A stretch of 43,025 nucleotides of DNA from Dehalococcoidaceae bacterium (GCA_016928015.1 JAFGLQ010000059.1:1-43025), one strand, 5' to 3'; positions 9,681 through 21,273 are shown, numbered from the stretch's first letter. Notes: generated from the sequence alone by a model not told the origin. Translations and numbers: made by a program.

Positions 9681-10658
9681 TTAGACAATACTCAAAGAGG
9701 GTTTAACATCCAGGTCCAACCCGCTTATACTGCCCTGGCGGAACTGGTAATGGCCACACGCAGCTATCATGGCAGCGTTGTCGGTACACAGCCCCGGAGA
9801 CGGAATCAATACGGGGACATGAGAGAGACGAACAATCTCCTGCCTGAGTAGTTTATTGGCCGCTACTCCCCCTGAAAGGAGTATTTGCCGGGCATGATGT
9901 TTACGGGCGGCAGATATGGTTTTTGTCACCAGCACATCAACAACTGCCGCCCTGAAACCGGCAGCAGCCTGGTTGATATCGGATATCATGCCGGACTGGC
10001 TTAAGCGAAGAAGGGCGGTTTTCAAGCCGGAAAAACTGAAGTCGCTGCTGCCCTTGAGCCAGGCTCGTGGAAGCTCGATACTGTTTCCTGCTCCTTCAGC
10101 CGCTTTATCTATCGATGGGCCCCCCGGATACCCCAAACCCAGTATACGGGCAGCTTTATCGAAAGCTTCACCGGCGGCATCATCTCGGGTCTGGCCCAGC
10201 AAAGTGAAACTGCCATGCCCTTCCATCAGTATAAGGTCGGTGTGGCCACCGGAAACGACCAGGCATACCAGAGGAAATTCAGGTTCTTTTTCACCCAGCC
10301 AGTTGGCATAAATGTGGGCGTGAAGATGATTAATGCCGATCAGGGGCAAGCCTCTGCCCGCGCTGATAGCTTTGGCTGTATTCACACCAACCAGCAGGGA
10401 CCCGGCCAAACCGGGGCCGAAGGTTACCGCTATTGCCTCGATATCCTGCCATGATAGAGAAGCATTCTTGAAAGCCTCTTTGATTACAGGAATTATAGAA
10501 ACCATGTGCTGCCGGGAAGCTACTTCAGGTACGATGCCGCCATAGCGGGCGTGTATATCCACCTGGGAGCTAACCACGTTGGATAATATGTATCTGCCGT
10601 CTTTAACCACGGCAGCCGCCGTTTCATCGCATGAGGTTTCAATACCCAGGATATTCAC
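9681..10658 (-). CDS. tsaD: tRNA N6-adenosine threonylcarbamoyltransferase TsaD (Kae1/Gcp family)
   Basis: [18 protein letters not shown]..., HLHAHIY, GGVAAN motifs. 325 aa. Confidence 0.93.
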   Translation of the reverse strand: MNILGIETSCDETAAAVVKDGRYILSNVVSSQVDIHARYGGIVPEVASRQHMVSIIPVIKEAFKNASLSWQDIEAIAVTFGPGLAGSLLVGVNTAKAISAGRGLPLIGINHLHAHIYANWLGEKEPEFPLVCLVVSGGHTDLILMEGHGSFTLLGQTRDDAAGEAFDKAARILGLGYPGGPSIDKAAEGAGNSIELPRAWLKGSSDFSFSGLKTALLRLSQSGMISDINQAAAGFRAAVVDVLVTKTISAARKHHARQILLSGGVAANKLLRQEIVRLSHVPVLIPSPGLCTDNAAMIAACGHYQFRQGSISGLDLDVKPSLSIV

Positions 10659-10732
10659 TGCGGTATTATATCATATGGCTACGACCTGTTTTGACTGACT
10701 GTACAACACTGTCGCTGGTATCACCGGCTTAA

Positions 10733-10761
10733 TTGACTGGGTATAAAGCCCGTGTTATCAT
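10733..10761 (+). promoter_or_regulatory. Sigma70-type promoter upstream of the UDG gene
   Basis: TTGACT (10733-10738), 17-nt spacer, TATCAT (10756-10761). It lies 37 nt upstream of ATG 10798. Confidence 0.6.
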
Positions 10762-10797
10762 AGCCTGAAAGCTGTAATTTGAGACTCTACCCGCATA

Positions 10798-11409
10798 ATG
10801 ACAGAACTGTGTAAACTTGGTCAGGAAATAGAAAACTGCCGGGCGTGCAAGCTGGCAGACAGACGTACCAGCGCCGTTCCGGGCGAAGGCAACGAACATG
10901 CCGAGCTTATGTTTATCGGTGAAGCCCCGGGTGAAAATGAAGACAGGCAGGGCCGTCCTTTTGTCGGGGCAGCGGGTAAATTTCTGGACGAACTGTTAAC
11001 TCTGATAAACCTGAGCCGTCAGGATGTTTATATTGCCAACATAATCAAGTGCCGCCCGCCAGGAAACCGGGATCCCCTGCCGGATGAAATTCTGGCGTGC
11101 AAACCCTGGCTTGACCGCCAGATAAAGATTATCCAGCCCCGTATCATAATTACCCTTGGTCGCTTTTCCATGGCCCTGTTCGTTCCCGGCAAACCTATCG
11201 GCAAGTGCCATGGTGCCCCGGTAAGCAAAAACGGTACCCTGTACTTCCCGATGTATCATCCGGCGGCTGCTCTGCATCAGCAGAGCCTGCGGGAGGTAAT
11301 CAAGGCGGATATGCAAAAACTGCCCGGTCTGCTGGAATCGCTTAACAGAGAAAAGGCTTTGAATATGCGGCGGGATGAACCGCCGGTACAACAGTTGAAT
11401 CTATTCTAA
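10798..11409 (+). CDS. Uracil-DNA glycosylase, family 4 (Fe-S type)
   Basis: C..C.L...R...[33 protein letters not shown] and HPAA motifs. 203 aa. Confidence 0.88.
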   Translation: MTELCKLGQEIENCRACKLADRRTSAVPGEGNEHAELMFIGEAPGENEDRQGRPFVGAAGKFLDELLTLINLSRQDVYIANIIKCRPPGNRDPLPDEILACKPWLDRQIKIIQPRIIITLGRFSMALFVPGKPIGKCHGAPVSKNGTLYFPMYHPAAALHQQSLREVIKADMQKLPGLLESLNREKALNMRRDEPPVQQLNLF

Positions 11410-11424
11410 TACTGAAGGACTTTA

Positions 11425-13095
11425 ATGCAAAAAAAATATCGCAAACCCAAACTAAAGCTGATCCCCCTCGGGGGTTTAGGTGAAATCGGTAAAAACATGA
11501 TGGTAGTCGAATACGATAACGATATTCTCGTTATCGATTGCGGGCTGATGTTTCCCGAAGAAGATATGATGGGAATCGATCTGGTTATCCCGGATATAAG
11601 CTACTTGCTGGAAAGAAAAGAAAAAATTCGCGGCATTGTAATAACCCATGCCCATGAGGACCATATTGGAGCTTTGCCCTACATTTTGCCGCAGCTCAAT
11701 GTGCCTGTTTACTGTACCCGCCTGGCTAAGGGGCTGATATCGGTCAAACTCAAAGAGGGCAAGGCGCTGGAAGCGGCCGAGATCAACGTCATCGAACCGG
11801 GCAAGCCTTTTTCCCTGGGGTGTTTTAAAGTTGAGTTCTTTCCGGTTTGCCATTCCATACCGGATGCTGTCGGCCTGATTATCGACACCCCCATAGGGGT
11901 AGTCGTTCATACGGGCGATTTCAAGCTGGATTACACCCCGGTATACGGGGAGCCCACCAACCTGTCCCGGCTGGCTCAAGTTGGTTCGAAGGGAGTGCTG
12001 CTCCTTCTTTCCGACTCGACTCATGCCGAACGCCCGGGCTATACACCTTCCGAAAGAGTTATCGGAGAAGCGCTGGATACCATTATCTCCAGGGCCAAAG
12101 GCCGCGTTATAGTGGCTACCTTTGCTTCGCTTATATCACGCCTGCAGCAGGTTATTGATGCCGCCGCCAACCACAACCGCAAGGTTTTTGTTTTCGGCCG
12201 CAGTATGAGCGACAACGTTAAAATGGCTCTCGAACTGGGTTACCTGAAAGCGCCCGAAGGAGTACTCGGCAAGCCAGAAGAACTCAGGGGGCTGCCTCCG
12301 GAAAAGATTGTAATGATTACCACGGGTTCCCAGGGAGAGCCCACCTCGGCACTGGTGCGTATTGCCAACCACGGCCACCGCCAGGTATCCATCGTCAAAG
12401 GAGATACGGTGGTGGTTTCAGCTTCCCCCATTCCGGGCAACGAATCTCTTATAAACCGCACTATCGACAGCTTATTCAAACAGGGGGCAGAGGTTTTTTA
12501 CGACCAGCTTTCCCAGGTGCATGTTCACGGTCACGCTTCCCAGGAGGAGCTTAAACTGGTGCTGAACCTGGTCAAGCCCCGGTTCTTCGTTCCTGTTCAC
12601 GGTGAATTTCGGCACCTTACCATTCATTCGCGCCTGGCTTTAGATGCCGGAGTCGAGGAAAATAACATATTCCGGATGGAAGACGGTGATGTGCTGGAGA
12701 TTACCCCTAATTCCGGCCGTATTGCCGGGAGAGTCAACTCAGGGCATGTATATGTCGACGGTTTGAGTGTAGGTGATGTGGGTGGAGTTATATTGAGGAA
12801 CCGGCGCATGCTTTCCCGGGATGGTATAGTAGTCGTGATAATTGCCGTTAACCGGCAAACCGGTAAACTGGTAAGCCGGCCGGATATCGTATCCCGAGGA
12901 TTTGTGGACACGGTGGAATCCAAAGATATGATTGAAGAAGGCAAGGAACTGGTGGCCAGAATTGTCGATCACAGCGGCAAAATGGAAGCAGACCTGTCTT
13001 CCGCCGATTCCAGGGTGCGGGACGAGCTCAACCGGTATTTCTTCGAAAAGACCAAACGCCGGCCCATGATATTGCCGGTGCTGGTAAAAATCTAG
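11425..13095 (+). CDS. rnj: Ribonuclease J (metallo-beta-lactamase / beta-CASP)
   Basis: 556 aa. LKLIPLGGLGEIGKNMMVVEY, THAHEDHIGALPY, HVHGHASQEEL. Confidence 0.92.
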   Translation: MQKKYRKPKLKLIPLGGLGEIGKNMMVVEYDNDILVIDCGLMFPEEDMMGIDLVIPDISYLLERKEKIRGIVITHAHEDHIGALPYILPQLNVPVYCTRLAKGLISVKLKEGKALEAAEINVIEPGKPFSLGCFKVEFFPVCHSIPDAVGLIIDTPIGVVVHTGDFKLDYTPVYGEPTNLSRLAQVGSKGVLLLLSDSTHAERPGYTPSERVIGEALDTIISRAKGRVIVATFASLISRLQQVIDAAANHNRKVFVFGRSMSDNVKMALELGYLKAPEGVLGKPEELRGLPPEKIVMITTGSQGEPTSALVRIANHGHRQVSIVKGDTVVVSASPIPGNESLINRTIDSLFKQGAEVFYDQLSQVHVHGHASQEELKLVLNLVKPRFFVPVHGEFRHLTIHSRLALDAGVEENNIFRMEDGDVLEITPNSGRIAGRVNSGHVYVDGLSVGDVGGVILRNRRMLSRDGIVVVIIAVNRQTGKLVSRPDIVSRGFVDTVESKDMIEEGKELVARIVDHSGKMEADLSSADSRVRDELNRYFFEKTKRRPMILPVLVKI

Positions 13096-13105
13096 GAGAG
13101 CAGCC

Positions 13106-15535
13106 GTGGCCAGGACAAAAAAGGAAAAAACCAGGGAAGCGCTGAACCGTAAGAAACACCCGGACGTTGCCGGTAAGGGCAATAACAGGTATTCGGATAA
13201 AAGAGAATCCGGCAAGCGCTTCAATCCCTTTAAAATCCTGCTCAGCAAGTGGTTCTGGCTTGTTGTTCTGGTTATTGCCCTGGCGGGGATTATCTACTGG
13301 CAGTGGCAGACTATCGTTGACTACTTCTGGAAAATGGCTCAAAGCACCATGGGGATTCTCGGCTGGGGAATTGTACTGATCGGCCTGGCGGCCATAATAA
13401 TACTCATCGTTGTTTTCCGCCACGAGATTGCCGCTCTTGCCAGGCGCGGCAAGCTGTACCAGTGGAATAAATGGCTGGGGGCTGTTGCCTGGTTTGCCGC
13501 TGTTTGGGGGGTTCTGGGAATATTTGAACTGGGCGGAATGGTCGGCGATGCAATCATCAATCATGACCGTTCATATATCGGCTGGCTGATTATAACCGCT
13601 CTGTTCCTGGGTGGTGTGATACTCATGTTTCCCGTGTATGTATGGCGGGGTATCACAGGTTTTGTCAAAGGTATTGTCAGGGCTGTAAAAATGCCTCCGC
13701 CGAGGCCGCGTCCGGTAAAACCCGTCCAGGAGGAACTCAAGTTTAACTATCCTCCGTCGATAACAGGCAGAGGGGTTCCAGAGCCTCCGGCTGCCCGGTT
13801 AGAGAAAGAAACACCTGCAGGCAGAATAAAACCCCCGTCGGTTCTGGTGCCGCCGGAGATTTATCCGGGCAAGGTATACCCCGATGGGGCTCCGGAAAAA
13901 ATCGAGAAGCCGGCAGCGCCTTCTTCGGTGAAACCTCCCGTAAAAAAACAGGTATCAAGCGAATCCGAGGATGGCAAGGATTTGGCCCAGATAGCCCGTG
14001 ATGTATGGCGCAAATACGGGCAGTCAACCGATTTGATAATGATCGACGGCTGGAAACTGCCGCCGCTTGATATCCTGGATATGTCTCCCGAGATTGATTT
14101 CGCCCAGGTAGACAACACACAGCGCGCCCGTTTGATCGAAGAAGCGCTGGCCAGCTACGGTGTCGAAGCCAAGGTAGTGCAGATCAATTCCGGGCCGACT
14201 GTAACTCAGTTTGGTATCGAGCCCGGCTGGGACAGGCGCTACCGGGATGTAAAAGAGCGGAATGACGAAGGCAACATAACCGTTCGTCAGGAAGAGGTCT
14301 CCCGGACCAGGGTTAAAGTGGAGCGTATTACCGCCCTGGGCAACAACCTGGCTCTTGCCCTGGCAGTTCCCGGGGTGCGCATAGAAGCGCCTATACCCGG
14401 AAAAGCGCTGGTTGGCATCGAAGTTCCCAATACAACCTTCGGTGTTGTCAGCCTCAGAAGTGTGATTCAGAGCAGCAACTACCAGAAAATCCTGGGTAAA
14501 TCCAACCTGGCTCTGGCGCTGGGTAAAGGCGCCGGGGGCGAAGCTATTGCCGGAGACCTGGCCAGGATGCCGCACCTGCTGGTTGCGGGTTCTACCGGAA
14601 GCGGCAAGACGGTGTGTTTAAACGCCATAGTCTGCTGCCTGCTGATGTATAATTCACCGGCGGACTTGAAATTTATTCTTATCGATCCCAAGAGAGTCGA
14701 GATGGTGCAGTACAACAGTCTGCCCCATCTGGCTACCCCGGTGGTTGTGGATACCGATAAAGCCTTGAATACTCTTCGCTGGTTGAGCCAGGAGATGGAC
14801 CGGCGCTATAAGACACTTTCAGAGATAGGCACTCGCAACCTGGAAGCATACAATAAAAAAGTCGACCCGGCAGAACGCATGCCCAACCTGGTACTGGTTA
14901 TCGATGAACTGGCCGACCTGATGATGACCGGTTTCGCCGAGGTTGAGCACATCCTGTGCCGTCTGGCACAGCTGTCACGTGCTGTGGGCATCCATCTGGT
15001 AGTAGCGACCCAGCGGCCGTCTGTTGACGTAATAACCGGTTTGATTAAAGCCAACTTCCCGACCCGTATCAGCTTTGCGGTAACGTCCCAGGTGGATTCC
15101 CGGACTATTTTGGATGGCATCGGAGCTGAAAAGCTGCTCGGGCGTGGCGATATGCTGTATCTTCCTACTGAAGAGGCCAAACCCAGACGGCTTCAGGGAT
15201 GTTTTGTATCCGACCTGGAAGTGGAACGGCTCGTATATTTCTGGGGCACCCAGAAGCAGGAACAGGCTTCCAGCCTCAATATCGAAGAAGTGGCTTCATT
15301 GGAACCATCCATCAAGATTCAGGAGACAACCGCACCGGCGGACCCGCTGTTGGCTGCCGCCCGAAAGCTGGCCGAGGAGCACTCCAACGTATCCACTTCT
15401 TATCTGCAGAGAAAACTGCATATAGGCTATCCCCGGGCTGCCCGGTTGATGGAGGAGCTCCAGGAAGAAATGGGCGCCGACGAACCGGACGATGGTGCCG
15501 AAATCGGTCCGGATGATCCTTTGGAGCGCTACTAG
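13106..15535 (+). CDS. ftsK: DNA translocase FtsK/SpoIIIE
   Basis: 809 aa. N-terminal TM helices, Pro-rich linker, Walker A GSTGSGKT, Walker B LVLVIDELADLM, and a C-terminal winged-helix gamma-like domain (STSYLQRKLHIGYPRAARLMEEL). GTG start follows an AGGAGA SD. Confidence 0.92.
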   Translation: MARTKKEKTREALNRKKHPDVAGKGNNRYSDKRESGKRFNPFKILLSKWFWLVVLVIALAGIIYWQWQTIVDYFWKMAQSTMGILGWGIVLIGLAAIIILIVVFRHEIAALARRGKLYQWNKWLGAVAWFAAVWGVLGIFELGGMVGDAIINHDRSYIGWLIITALFLGGVILMFPVYVWRGITGFVKGIVRAVKMPPPRPRPVKPVQEELKFNYPPSITGRGVPEPPAARLEKETPAGRIKPPSVLVPPEIYPGKVYPDGAPEKIEKPAAPSSVKPPVKKQVSSESEDGKDLAQIARDVWRKYGQSTDLIMIDGWKLPPLDILDMSPEIDFAQVDNTQRARLIEEALASYGVEAKVVQINSGPTVTQFGIEPGWDRRYRDVKERNDEGNITVRQEEVSRTRVKVERITALGNNLALALAVPGVRIEAPIPGKALVGIEVPNTTFGVVSLRSVIQSSNYQKILGKSNLALALGKGAGGEAIAGDLARMPHLLVAGSTGSGKTVCLNAIVCCLLMYNSPADLKFILIDPKRVEMVQYNSLPHLATPVVVDTDKALNTLRWLSQEMDRRYKTLSEIGTRNLEAYNKKVDPAERMPNLVLVIDELADLMMTGFAEVEHILCRLAQLSRAVGIHLVVATQRPSVDVITGLIKANFPTRISFAVTSQVDSRTILDGIGAEKLLGRGDMLYLPTEEAKPRRLQGCFVSDLEVERLVYFWGTQKQEQASSLNIEEVASLEPSIKIQETTAPADPLLAAARKLAEEHSNVSTSYLQRKLHIGYPRAARLMEELQEEMGADEPDDGAEIGPDDPLERY

Positions 15536-16380
15536 CTTTCCTGCTGTTCCTTCGAAACTGTGACCACCGCCAGCACTCCCGGCCCGCCGTGAGTTGCCAG
15601 CCCCCCTCCAAGCCTGCTGATAATTATCCGGTTTGCGGGGAAGACGGGATCGAGTTTTTCGGCCAGTGATTCGGCTTCATCCGGGGTGGTGGAATGCAGA
15701 ACGCATAAATCTTCGAGCTCACCCGCATTACGGACAAAATCAAGCAGTTTCTCTATGCCCTTGCTGCGGTTACGCACCTGGCCGACGGGCACGAATTCGC
15801 CTTCTTTCAAAGTCAGCATCGGTTTGACATTGAGTACCGAACCAACCAGCGATTTGGCCTTGCCGACCCGGCCGCCTTTGGCCAGGTATTTGAGCGTATC
15901 GAAGAGTACCAGTATACGGGTTCGTTTTATGATGCTTCGGGTTTGGGCCGCAATCGTTTTAAAATCATGCCCTTCTTTAGCCATTCGGGCGGCCTTGATT
16001 ACGATTATACCGAGTGCGATGGAAACCAGGCTGGTATCGATAACTTCGACGGGACAGGAATACTTCCTGCCGGCTGCCTGGGTAGCTGAACTAATGGTGC
16101 CGCTTAATTTGGCCGAAAGGTGTATCGAGACTATGCCGTTTGCATCAGGAGCGAGACGCTCGTAAACGCTGGAAAAATCCTGGGGAGTCGGCTGGGAGGT
16201 AGTCGGGTGAACCGGGCCGTTTAACAACTTGTCGTAGAAGCCTTCGCGGTCCATGTCGATGCCGTCAAGGTATGACTGGTTGCCGAATAAAACGTAAATA
16301 GGGACAACAGTTATATCCAGGTCTCGTGCCATTTCCTCGGGGATATCGGCGGTGCTGTCGGTTACGATTTTAACGTTCAT
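15532..16380 (-). CDS. DegV family fatty-acid-binding protein
   Basis: 282 aa. MNVKIVTDSTADIPEE...TSQP...HLSAKLSGT... Its stop overlaps the ftsK stop by 4 nt (CTAG). Confidence 0.88.
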   Translation of the reverse strand: MNVKIVTDSTADIPEEMARDLDITVVPIYVLFGNQSYLDGIDMDREGFYDKLLNGPVHPTTSQPTPQDFSSVYERLAPDANGIVSIHLSAKLSGTISSATQAAGRKYSCPVEVIDTSLVSIALGIIVIKAARMAKEGHDFKTIAAQTRSIIKRTRILVLFDTLKYLAKGGRVGKAKSLVGSVLNVKPMLTLKEGEFVPVGQVRNRSKGIEKLLDFVRNAGELEDLCVLHSTTPDEAESLAEKLDPVFPANRIIISRLGGGLATHGGPGVLAVVTVSKEQQES

Positions 16381-16540
16381 TGGTTTCTCCTGAGCAGGAT
16401 TATTTTAATTATGCGGCAGTATACAGCCGGAATATTTTTTTAGCAAACTTACCGACAGGTCTGGACCGCAGACGTTTTTTTATGGCGGGGAATTATAGTA
16501 GAATAGACACTGATATACAAGATTAAAAGGAACCAGCCTG

Positions 16541-17152
16541 ATGAAGAAACGCGGCATAATCATTGCTGTAGCTCTGTTTACCATTGTCCTGGTAGTGCTG
16601 GCGGCGGCGGCTTTTTCCGACAGCATATTTTTCGCGACTCTTTCTCTGGATCAGGGAGAGACAGTCGAGGGGGAGCAGGGCGGCACCGAACTTCCGTTTT
16701 ACCTGTACAAGGATGCATGGCAAAAATACCAGGCCCAGGTAGTTACGCTGTATTTCAATATAGAAAGCGCCGGCGACAACCTGGTGAAGGCAACGTTTGA
16801 ACTGACGCCGACAAGGCGCTATCAGGTAGATTCATTGAATATTGAATTCTACCTCAACAAGGCTTATTCAGCGATACTGATGCAGGACCCTCAGACCGGG
16901 CAGGATTCCGGGCATGACTACCTTATAAGTGGAGATGACAGCCGGCTTGTGCTTAATTTTCCTTCTTTCAATACAGCCGTCGGCGAGAAAGCAAGCATTA
17001 ATTTCTGGCTCGACCTTTCCAAGATAGATGCCGGTAATGAAGGCGCACCTCTGCTTTTCTCGTTTACGATACACGAAAACAGCATCTTCAAAATCGCCAG
17101 GCATGTAGCCGAACAGCATGTTTTGAACCTCGAATTGCCGGCTGGCCGTTAA
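16541..17152 (+). CDS. Hypothetical membrane-anchored/secreted protein
   Basis: 203-aa ORF with an N-terminal anchor MKKRGIIIAVALFTIVLVVLAAAAF. No recognisable family. It converges on uvrB. Confidence 0.6.
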   Translation: MKKRGIIIAVALFTIVLVVLAAAAFSDSIFFATLSLDQGETVEGEQGGTELPFYLYKDAWQKYQAQVVTLYFNIESAGDNLVKATFELTPTRRYQVDSLNIEFYLNKAYSAILMQDPQTGQDSGHDYLISGDDSRLVLNFPSFNTAVGEKASINFWLDLSKIDAGNEGAPLLFSFTIHENSIFKIARHVAEQHVLNLELPAGR

Positions 17153-17157
17153 GGCTG

Positions 17158-19191
17158 TTATAAGTGTTTCTGCCCACCGCTCGGGCGCTTTGGCCGGGAG
17201 CCGGCTCCAAGCAAGGCCTTGTTTTCGGATGCTACTCTGAGTTCTATAATACGGTCCCGTATAAGGGCGGCTTTTTCGAACTCCAGGTTCCTGGCCGCTG
17301 TTCTCATCTGTTTGTCCAGGTCCTTTATTAACCTGGCTATCTGCTCCAGGCTGACCGGTTCGGGCCCGCCTTTAATTTCATGGGTTGGAGCTATCGATTT
17401 GACTCTTTCGGTTATATCTTTAATAGCTTTGCGTATCCCCTGGGGAGTAATGCCGTGTTCCAGGTTGTAAGCTTCCTGTATTTTCCGGCGGCGCTGAATT
17501 TCGGCAATAGCCCGCTCCATTGAACCGGTCACGGTATCGGCATACATGACTACATGACCGTCTATATGACGGGCCGCTCTGCCCATGGTTTGAATAAGAG
17601 ATTCTTCGGACCGGAGGAAGCCTTCCTTGTCGGCATCGAGTATTGCCACAAGGCTTACTTCAGGCAAGTCAAGTCCTTCACGGAGCAGGTTTATACCTAC
17701 CACCACATCATATACGCCCAGGCGCAAGTCCCTGAGTATTTCCACCCGCTCCAGTGTTTCAACCTCTGAATGAAGGTAGTTGGTTTTAATGCCGAGTTCC
17801 AGCATATACTCGGAGAGCTGTTCGGCCAGTTTCTTGGTCAGGGTGGTGATAAGGCACCGTTCCCCGCGTTCGACTCTGGCCCTGACTTCATTTACCAGAT
17901 CATCGATCTGCCCTGTGGTGGGTTTTATTTCGACGGTGGGTTCCAGGAGCCCGGTCGGCCGAACCAGTTGTTCGACTACCTGCCGGCTTATACCTAGTTC
18001 ATAGGGCTTGGGGGTTGCCGAAACATAGACAGCCTGGTTAATGCGATCATTGAATTCTTTAAAGTCGAGAGGGCGGTTGTCCATGGCAGAGGGCAGTCGG
18101 AAGCCGTACTCGACCAGGACTTCCTTTCGAGCCCGGTCTCCATTATACATACCGCGGATTTGCGGCAGTGTCATGTGGGATTCATCTATGATCAGCAGAA
18201 AATCCCTGGGGAAGTAATCTATCAGCGTATAAGGGGCAGAACCCGGCGCCCGGCGGGTCAGGTGCCGGGAATAGTTTTCGATACCGGTACAGTAGCCGAC
18301 TTCGGACATCATTTCCAAATCGTAATTGGTACGGGCTTTCAACCTGGCAGCTTCCAGCAGTTTGCCATTGCTTTCCAGTTCTTTAAGCCTGATTTCGAGT
18401 TCTTCCCGGATGCTCTCCATGGCTTCGGCCATTCTTTCCGGCGAGGTGACAAAGTGCTTGGCCGGGTATATTTCAATTTCTGCCATCTCTGAAAGGAACT
18501 CGCCGGTCAGGGGATCAAGCCGTATGATACGTTCGAGTTCGTCTCCGAAAAATTCGAGCCGTATGGCATTGTCTTCATACGCCGGCAGAATTTCCAGGGT
18601 ATCGCCTCTTAACCGGAAATGACCCCGGGAAAAATCATAGTCGTTACGCTCATACTGCTGGTCGATGAACTGCCTGAGCAGCTTGTCCAGCGGGTATTTT
18701 TCGCCGCGTTTGAGGCTGACGATGAAGCTCCGGTACTCTTCAGGTTCTCCCAGGCCGTATATACATGAAACCGAGGCTACAATAACAACGTCCCTGCGGC
18801 TGAGCAGCGCACGGGTAGCCGCATGGCGCAGCTTGTCTATTTCGTCATTGATATCGGTTTCCTTGTCTATGTAGGTATCGGTCTGGGGCAGATAGGCTTC
18901 CGGTTGATAATAATCGTAATAACTTACGAAGTATTCAACCGCATTGCCAGGTAGAAATTCCTTGAATTCGCTGTAAAGCTGGGCTGCCAGGGTTTTATTA
19001 TGAGAGATAATCAGGGCAGGTTTGCCGGCCCTGGCAATGGTATTGGCCAGGGTAAAAGTCTTGCCGCTGCCGGTTACACCCAGCAGTGTCTGGTGCCGGT
19101 AGCCCTGCTCGATGCCCTCGAGTAATTTGTCGATGGCCTGCGGCTGGTCTCCGGTAGGCTTGAAATCACCGAATATCTGGAACTGACCCAT
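17158..19191 (-). CDS. uvrB: Excinuclease ABC subunit B
   Basis: 677 aa. [10 protein letters not shown] Walker A, DESH box, and a C-terminal UVR domain ([13 protein letters not shown]). Confidence 0.97.
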   Translation of the reverse strand: MGQFQIFGDFKPTGDQPQAIDKLLEGIEQGYRHQTLLGVTGSGKTFTLANTIARAGKPALIISHNKTLAAQLYSEFKEFLPGNAVEYFVSYYDYYQPEAYLPQTDTYIDKETDINDEIDKLRHAATRALLSRRDVVIVASVSCIYGLGEPEEYRSFIVSLKRGEKYPLDKLLRQFIDQQYERNDYDFSRGHFRLRGDTLEILPAYEDNAIRLEFFGDELERIIRLDPLTGEFLSEMAEIEIYPAKHFVTSPERMAEAMESIREELEIRLKELESNGKLLEAARLKARTNYDLEMMSEVGYCTGIENYSRHLTRRAPGSAPYTLIDYFPRDFLLIIDESHMTLPQIRGMYNGDRARKEVLVEYGFRLPSAMDNRPLDFKEFNDRINQAVYVSATPKPYELGISRQVVEQLVRPTGLLEPTVEIKPTTGQIDDLVNEVRARVERGERCLITTLTKKLAEQLSEYMLELGIKTNYLHSEVETLERVEILRDLRLGVYDVVVGINLLREGLDLPEVSLVAILDADKEGFLRSEESLIQTMGRAARHIDGHVVMYADTVTGSMERAIAEIQRRRKIQEAYNLEHGITPQGIRKAIKDITERVKSIAPTHEIKGGPEPVSLEQIARLIKDLDKQMRTAARNLEFEKAALIRDRIIELRVASENKALLGAGSRPKRPSGGQKHL

Positions 19192-19196
19192 AAGCC

Positions 19197-19781
19197 TTAA
19201 TCTCTGCCCAGTCTCCCCAGGGCAAGTTTAATCTTATCTTCCAGCACCAGTTTATCATCCCTGGGTAATCCGTTTACCGCACGGGCGGCTTCAGATGTGG
19301 AGTAGCCCAGCGAAATGAGCGCTGCTATCACGTCGTTGTTTTCCTGTGATACCGCAGACAGGGGCAGCATGGCATCACCCTCTGCCAGTTTGTCCCTGAG
19401 TTCAAGCACAATCCGGCTGGCGGTTTTCTTGCCGATGCCCCGAATTGCCGTCAGCAGATCGATGTTTCCCGATATGATAGCCGCTGCCAGGGATTCGAGG
19501 TCCATTTCCGAAATCATGGTCAGGGCCAGCCGGGGGCCGAGGCCGCTTACTCCCAGCAGGTTTTTAAACAATGCCAGCTGGGATGCAGAGGTAAAACCAT
19601 ACAGGCTGATGCCGTCTTCCCTCACCTGGAAATGGGTAAAGAGCCTAACCTCATCTCCGGTACTGCCGAAGCCTCCCAGTGTCGACGGAGGGGTATATAC
19701 CTGGAAGCCGATGCCGTTTACATCTACAATTACATAATCGGCGCCGACCGCCTCCAGCTTGCCACGAATACTGGCTATCAT
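19197..19781 (-). CDS. ruvA: Holliday junction DNA helicase subunit RuvA
   Basis: 194 aa. MIASIRGKL...[10 protein letters not shown]... and HhH motifs ([14 protein letters not shown]). Confidence 0.93.
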   Translation of the reverse strand: MIASIRGKLEAVGADYVIVDVNGIGFQVYTPPSTLGGFGSTGDEVRLFTHFQVREDGISLYGFTSASQLALFKNLLGVSGLGPRLALTMISEMDLESLAAAIISGNIDLLTAIRGIGKKTASRIVLELRDKLAEGDAMLPLSAVSQENNDVIAALISLGYSTSEAARAVNGLPRDDKLVLEDKIKLALGRLGRD

Positions 19782-20276
19782 TTACTTGCCTCCGGCTATA
19801 TTATTCATATGATCCTGGCGCAGGTGGCAAATAGCGGTTGCCAGCGCGTCGGCTGAATCAGCCGGGAGGAATTCATCCTTGATATCGAGCTGCAGCCGAA
19901 CCATTTCCTGAACCTGTTCCTTGGAACTTGCGCCGTAACTGGTGGCATTGTATTTTATGGCCGCCGGTGAATATTCGAAAGCGGGAATGTGGCTGGCGGC
20001 GGCTGCCAGCAGGGCAATCGCCTGGGCTTTGCCGATTATAAGGGCTGTGCGGGCGTTTTCAGCCACAAACGGCGTCTCTATGGCAATAACATCCGGTTGA
20101 TACTCTTCGATGACCCGGCAGAGGTTTAAATAAAGAAAGTGCAAACGTTCTCCCATCGGCAGACGGGAGCGGCACTTGATAACATCATAGCCGACCAGGG
20201 TAATAATGTCTCCCCGGCCTTCGATCACCCCGTAACCCAGAATCATGGTGCCAGGGTCGATTCCCAGAACTCTCAT
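19782..20276 (-). CDS. ruvC: Holliday junction resolvase RuvC
   Basis: 164 aa. MRVLGIDPG...GYGVIE...E.PF...DAADALA-type motifs. It abuts the ruvA start. Confidence 0.93.
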   Translation of the reverse strand: MRVLGIDPGTMILGYGVIEGRGDIITLVGYDVIKCRSRLPMGERLHFLYLNLCRVIEEYQPDVIAIETPFVAENARTALIIGKAQAIALLAAAASHIPAFEYSPAAIKYNATSYGASSKEQVQEMVRLQLDIKDEFLPADSADALATAICHLRQDHMNNIAGGK

Positions 20277-20281
20277 ACAGT

Positions 20282-21034
20282 TTATGCCGAGCGGTATTGC
20301 TCCACCACTTCATCATCAAAGTCGACGTTGGAGACAACCGACTGGACATCATCCAGGTCCTCGAGTTTGTCCAGCAGGCGTATAACCTGGATTTGAGTCT
20401 GGCCGTCCAGGTTCAAAACGGTTTTTGCTACCTGGCTTACATCTGCAGAGTTCACCGTTATGCCGGCTTCCTCCAGTGTTTGCATTACCCCCTCCATATC
20501 TTCCGGCCGGGTGTATATTTCCATATAGTCTTCCCCGGTAACAACATCTTCGGCTCCGGCGTCGATGGCGGTAAGTGTAACTTCATCCGGGTCGAGCTCG
20601 CCGGTATCCAGGGAAATAATGCCTTTGGGATCGAACAACCAGGCGACACTGCCGTTTTCTCCCAGATTGCCGCCGCATTTGGAAAAGGTAGAGCGGATTT
20701 CTTGAACGGCCCGGTTGCGGTTATCGGTTTGCACGCTTACCATTATGGCAGCTCCCCCCGGCCCGTAGCCTTCAAAGGTGGTTTCGATAAAAGTGGAACC
20801 TTCCAGAGTGCCTTCACCGCGTTTAATCGCCCGCTGTATGTTCTCCGAGGGCATGTTGGCGTCCTTTGCCTTTTGAATGGCCAGGCGCAAGCGGGCGTTC
20901 AGGTCAGGGTCAGCCCCCTTTTCACGTGCTGCCATTATTATCTCGCGGGTCAGCTTGGTAAACAGCTTGCCGCGACGGACATCTGCGACACCCTTCTGAT
21001 GTTTGATAGAATGCCATTTAGAGTGACCAGACAT
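20282..21034 (-). CDS. yebC: YebC/PmpR family DNA-binding/translation-associated protein
   Basis: 250 aa. MSGHSKWHSIKHQKG..D..RGKLFTKL. AGGAGG SD. Confidence 0.93.
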   Translation of the reverse strand: MSGHSKWHSIKHQKGVADVRRGKLFTKLTREIIMAAREKGADPDLNARLRLAIQKAKDANMPSENIQRAIKRGEGTLEGSTFIETTFEGYGPGGAAIMVSVQTDNRNRAVQEIRSTFSKCGGNLGENGSVAWLFDPKGIISLDTGELDPDEVTLTAIDAGAEDVVTGEDYMEIYTRPEDMEGVMQTLEEAGITVNSADVSQVAKTVLNLDGQTQIQVIRLLDKLEDLDDVQSVVSNVDFDDEVVEQYRSA

Positions 21035-21243
21035 CTTACAGCCTCCTAGAAAAAAATTACCAGTTTAACGCCGGTTAATTTTAACACTGTTTACGCTCAA
21101 GTGAAAATATATTTGCTCCGGCGTCAATAACCACCCTGAAAGCAACAGTATAAAATACATTAACACTTCGGACAAATCAAGCAAAGACGATACCCGGGAC
21201 GGAGAATATTGCCGGATGGTGCTTGAGGCGGCCCGTTTGCAGG

Positions 21244-21252
21244 TGATAGAAT
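21244..21252 (+). promoter_or_regulatory. Extended -10 element upstream of fmt
   Basis: TGATAGAAT lies 22 nt upstream of TTG start 21274. A possible -35 TTGAGG sits 18 nt upstream. Confidence 0.45.
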
Positions 21253-21273
21253 GCTAACGGGAGGCTTGAGAAT

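Noticed and set aside
12739-13564. Minus-strand ORFs of 169 and 178 aa across the rnj/ftsK junction
   Set aside because: They overlap well-supported plus-strand genes. They have no start signals or family resemblance.
20297-21049. 250-aa plus-strand ORF exactly mirroring yebC
   Set aside because: It is an antisense shadow of a highly conserved YebC sequence. It has no SD and an implausible composition.
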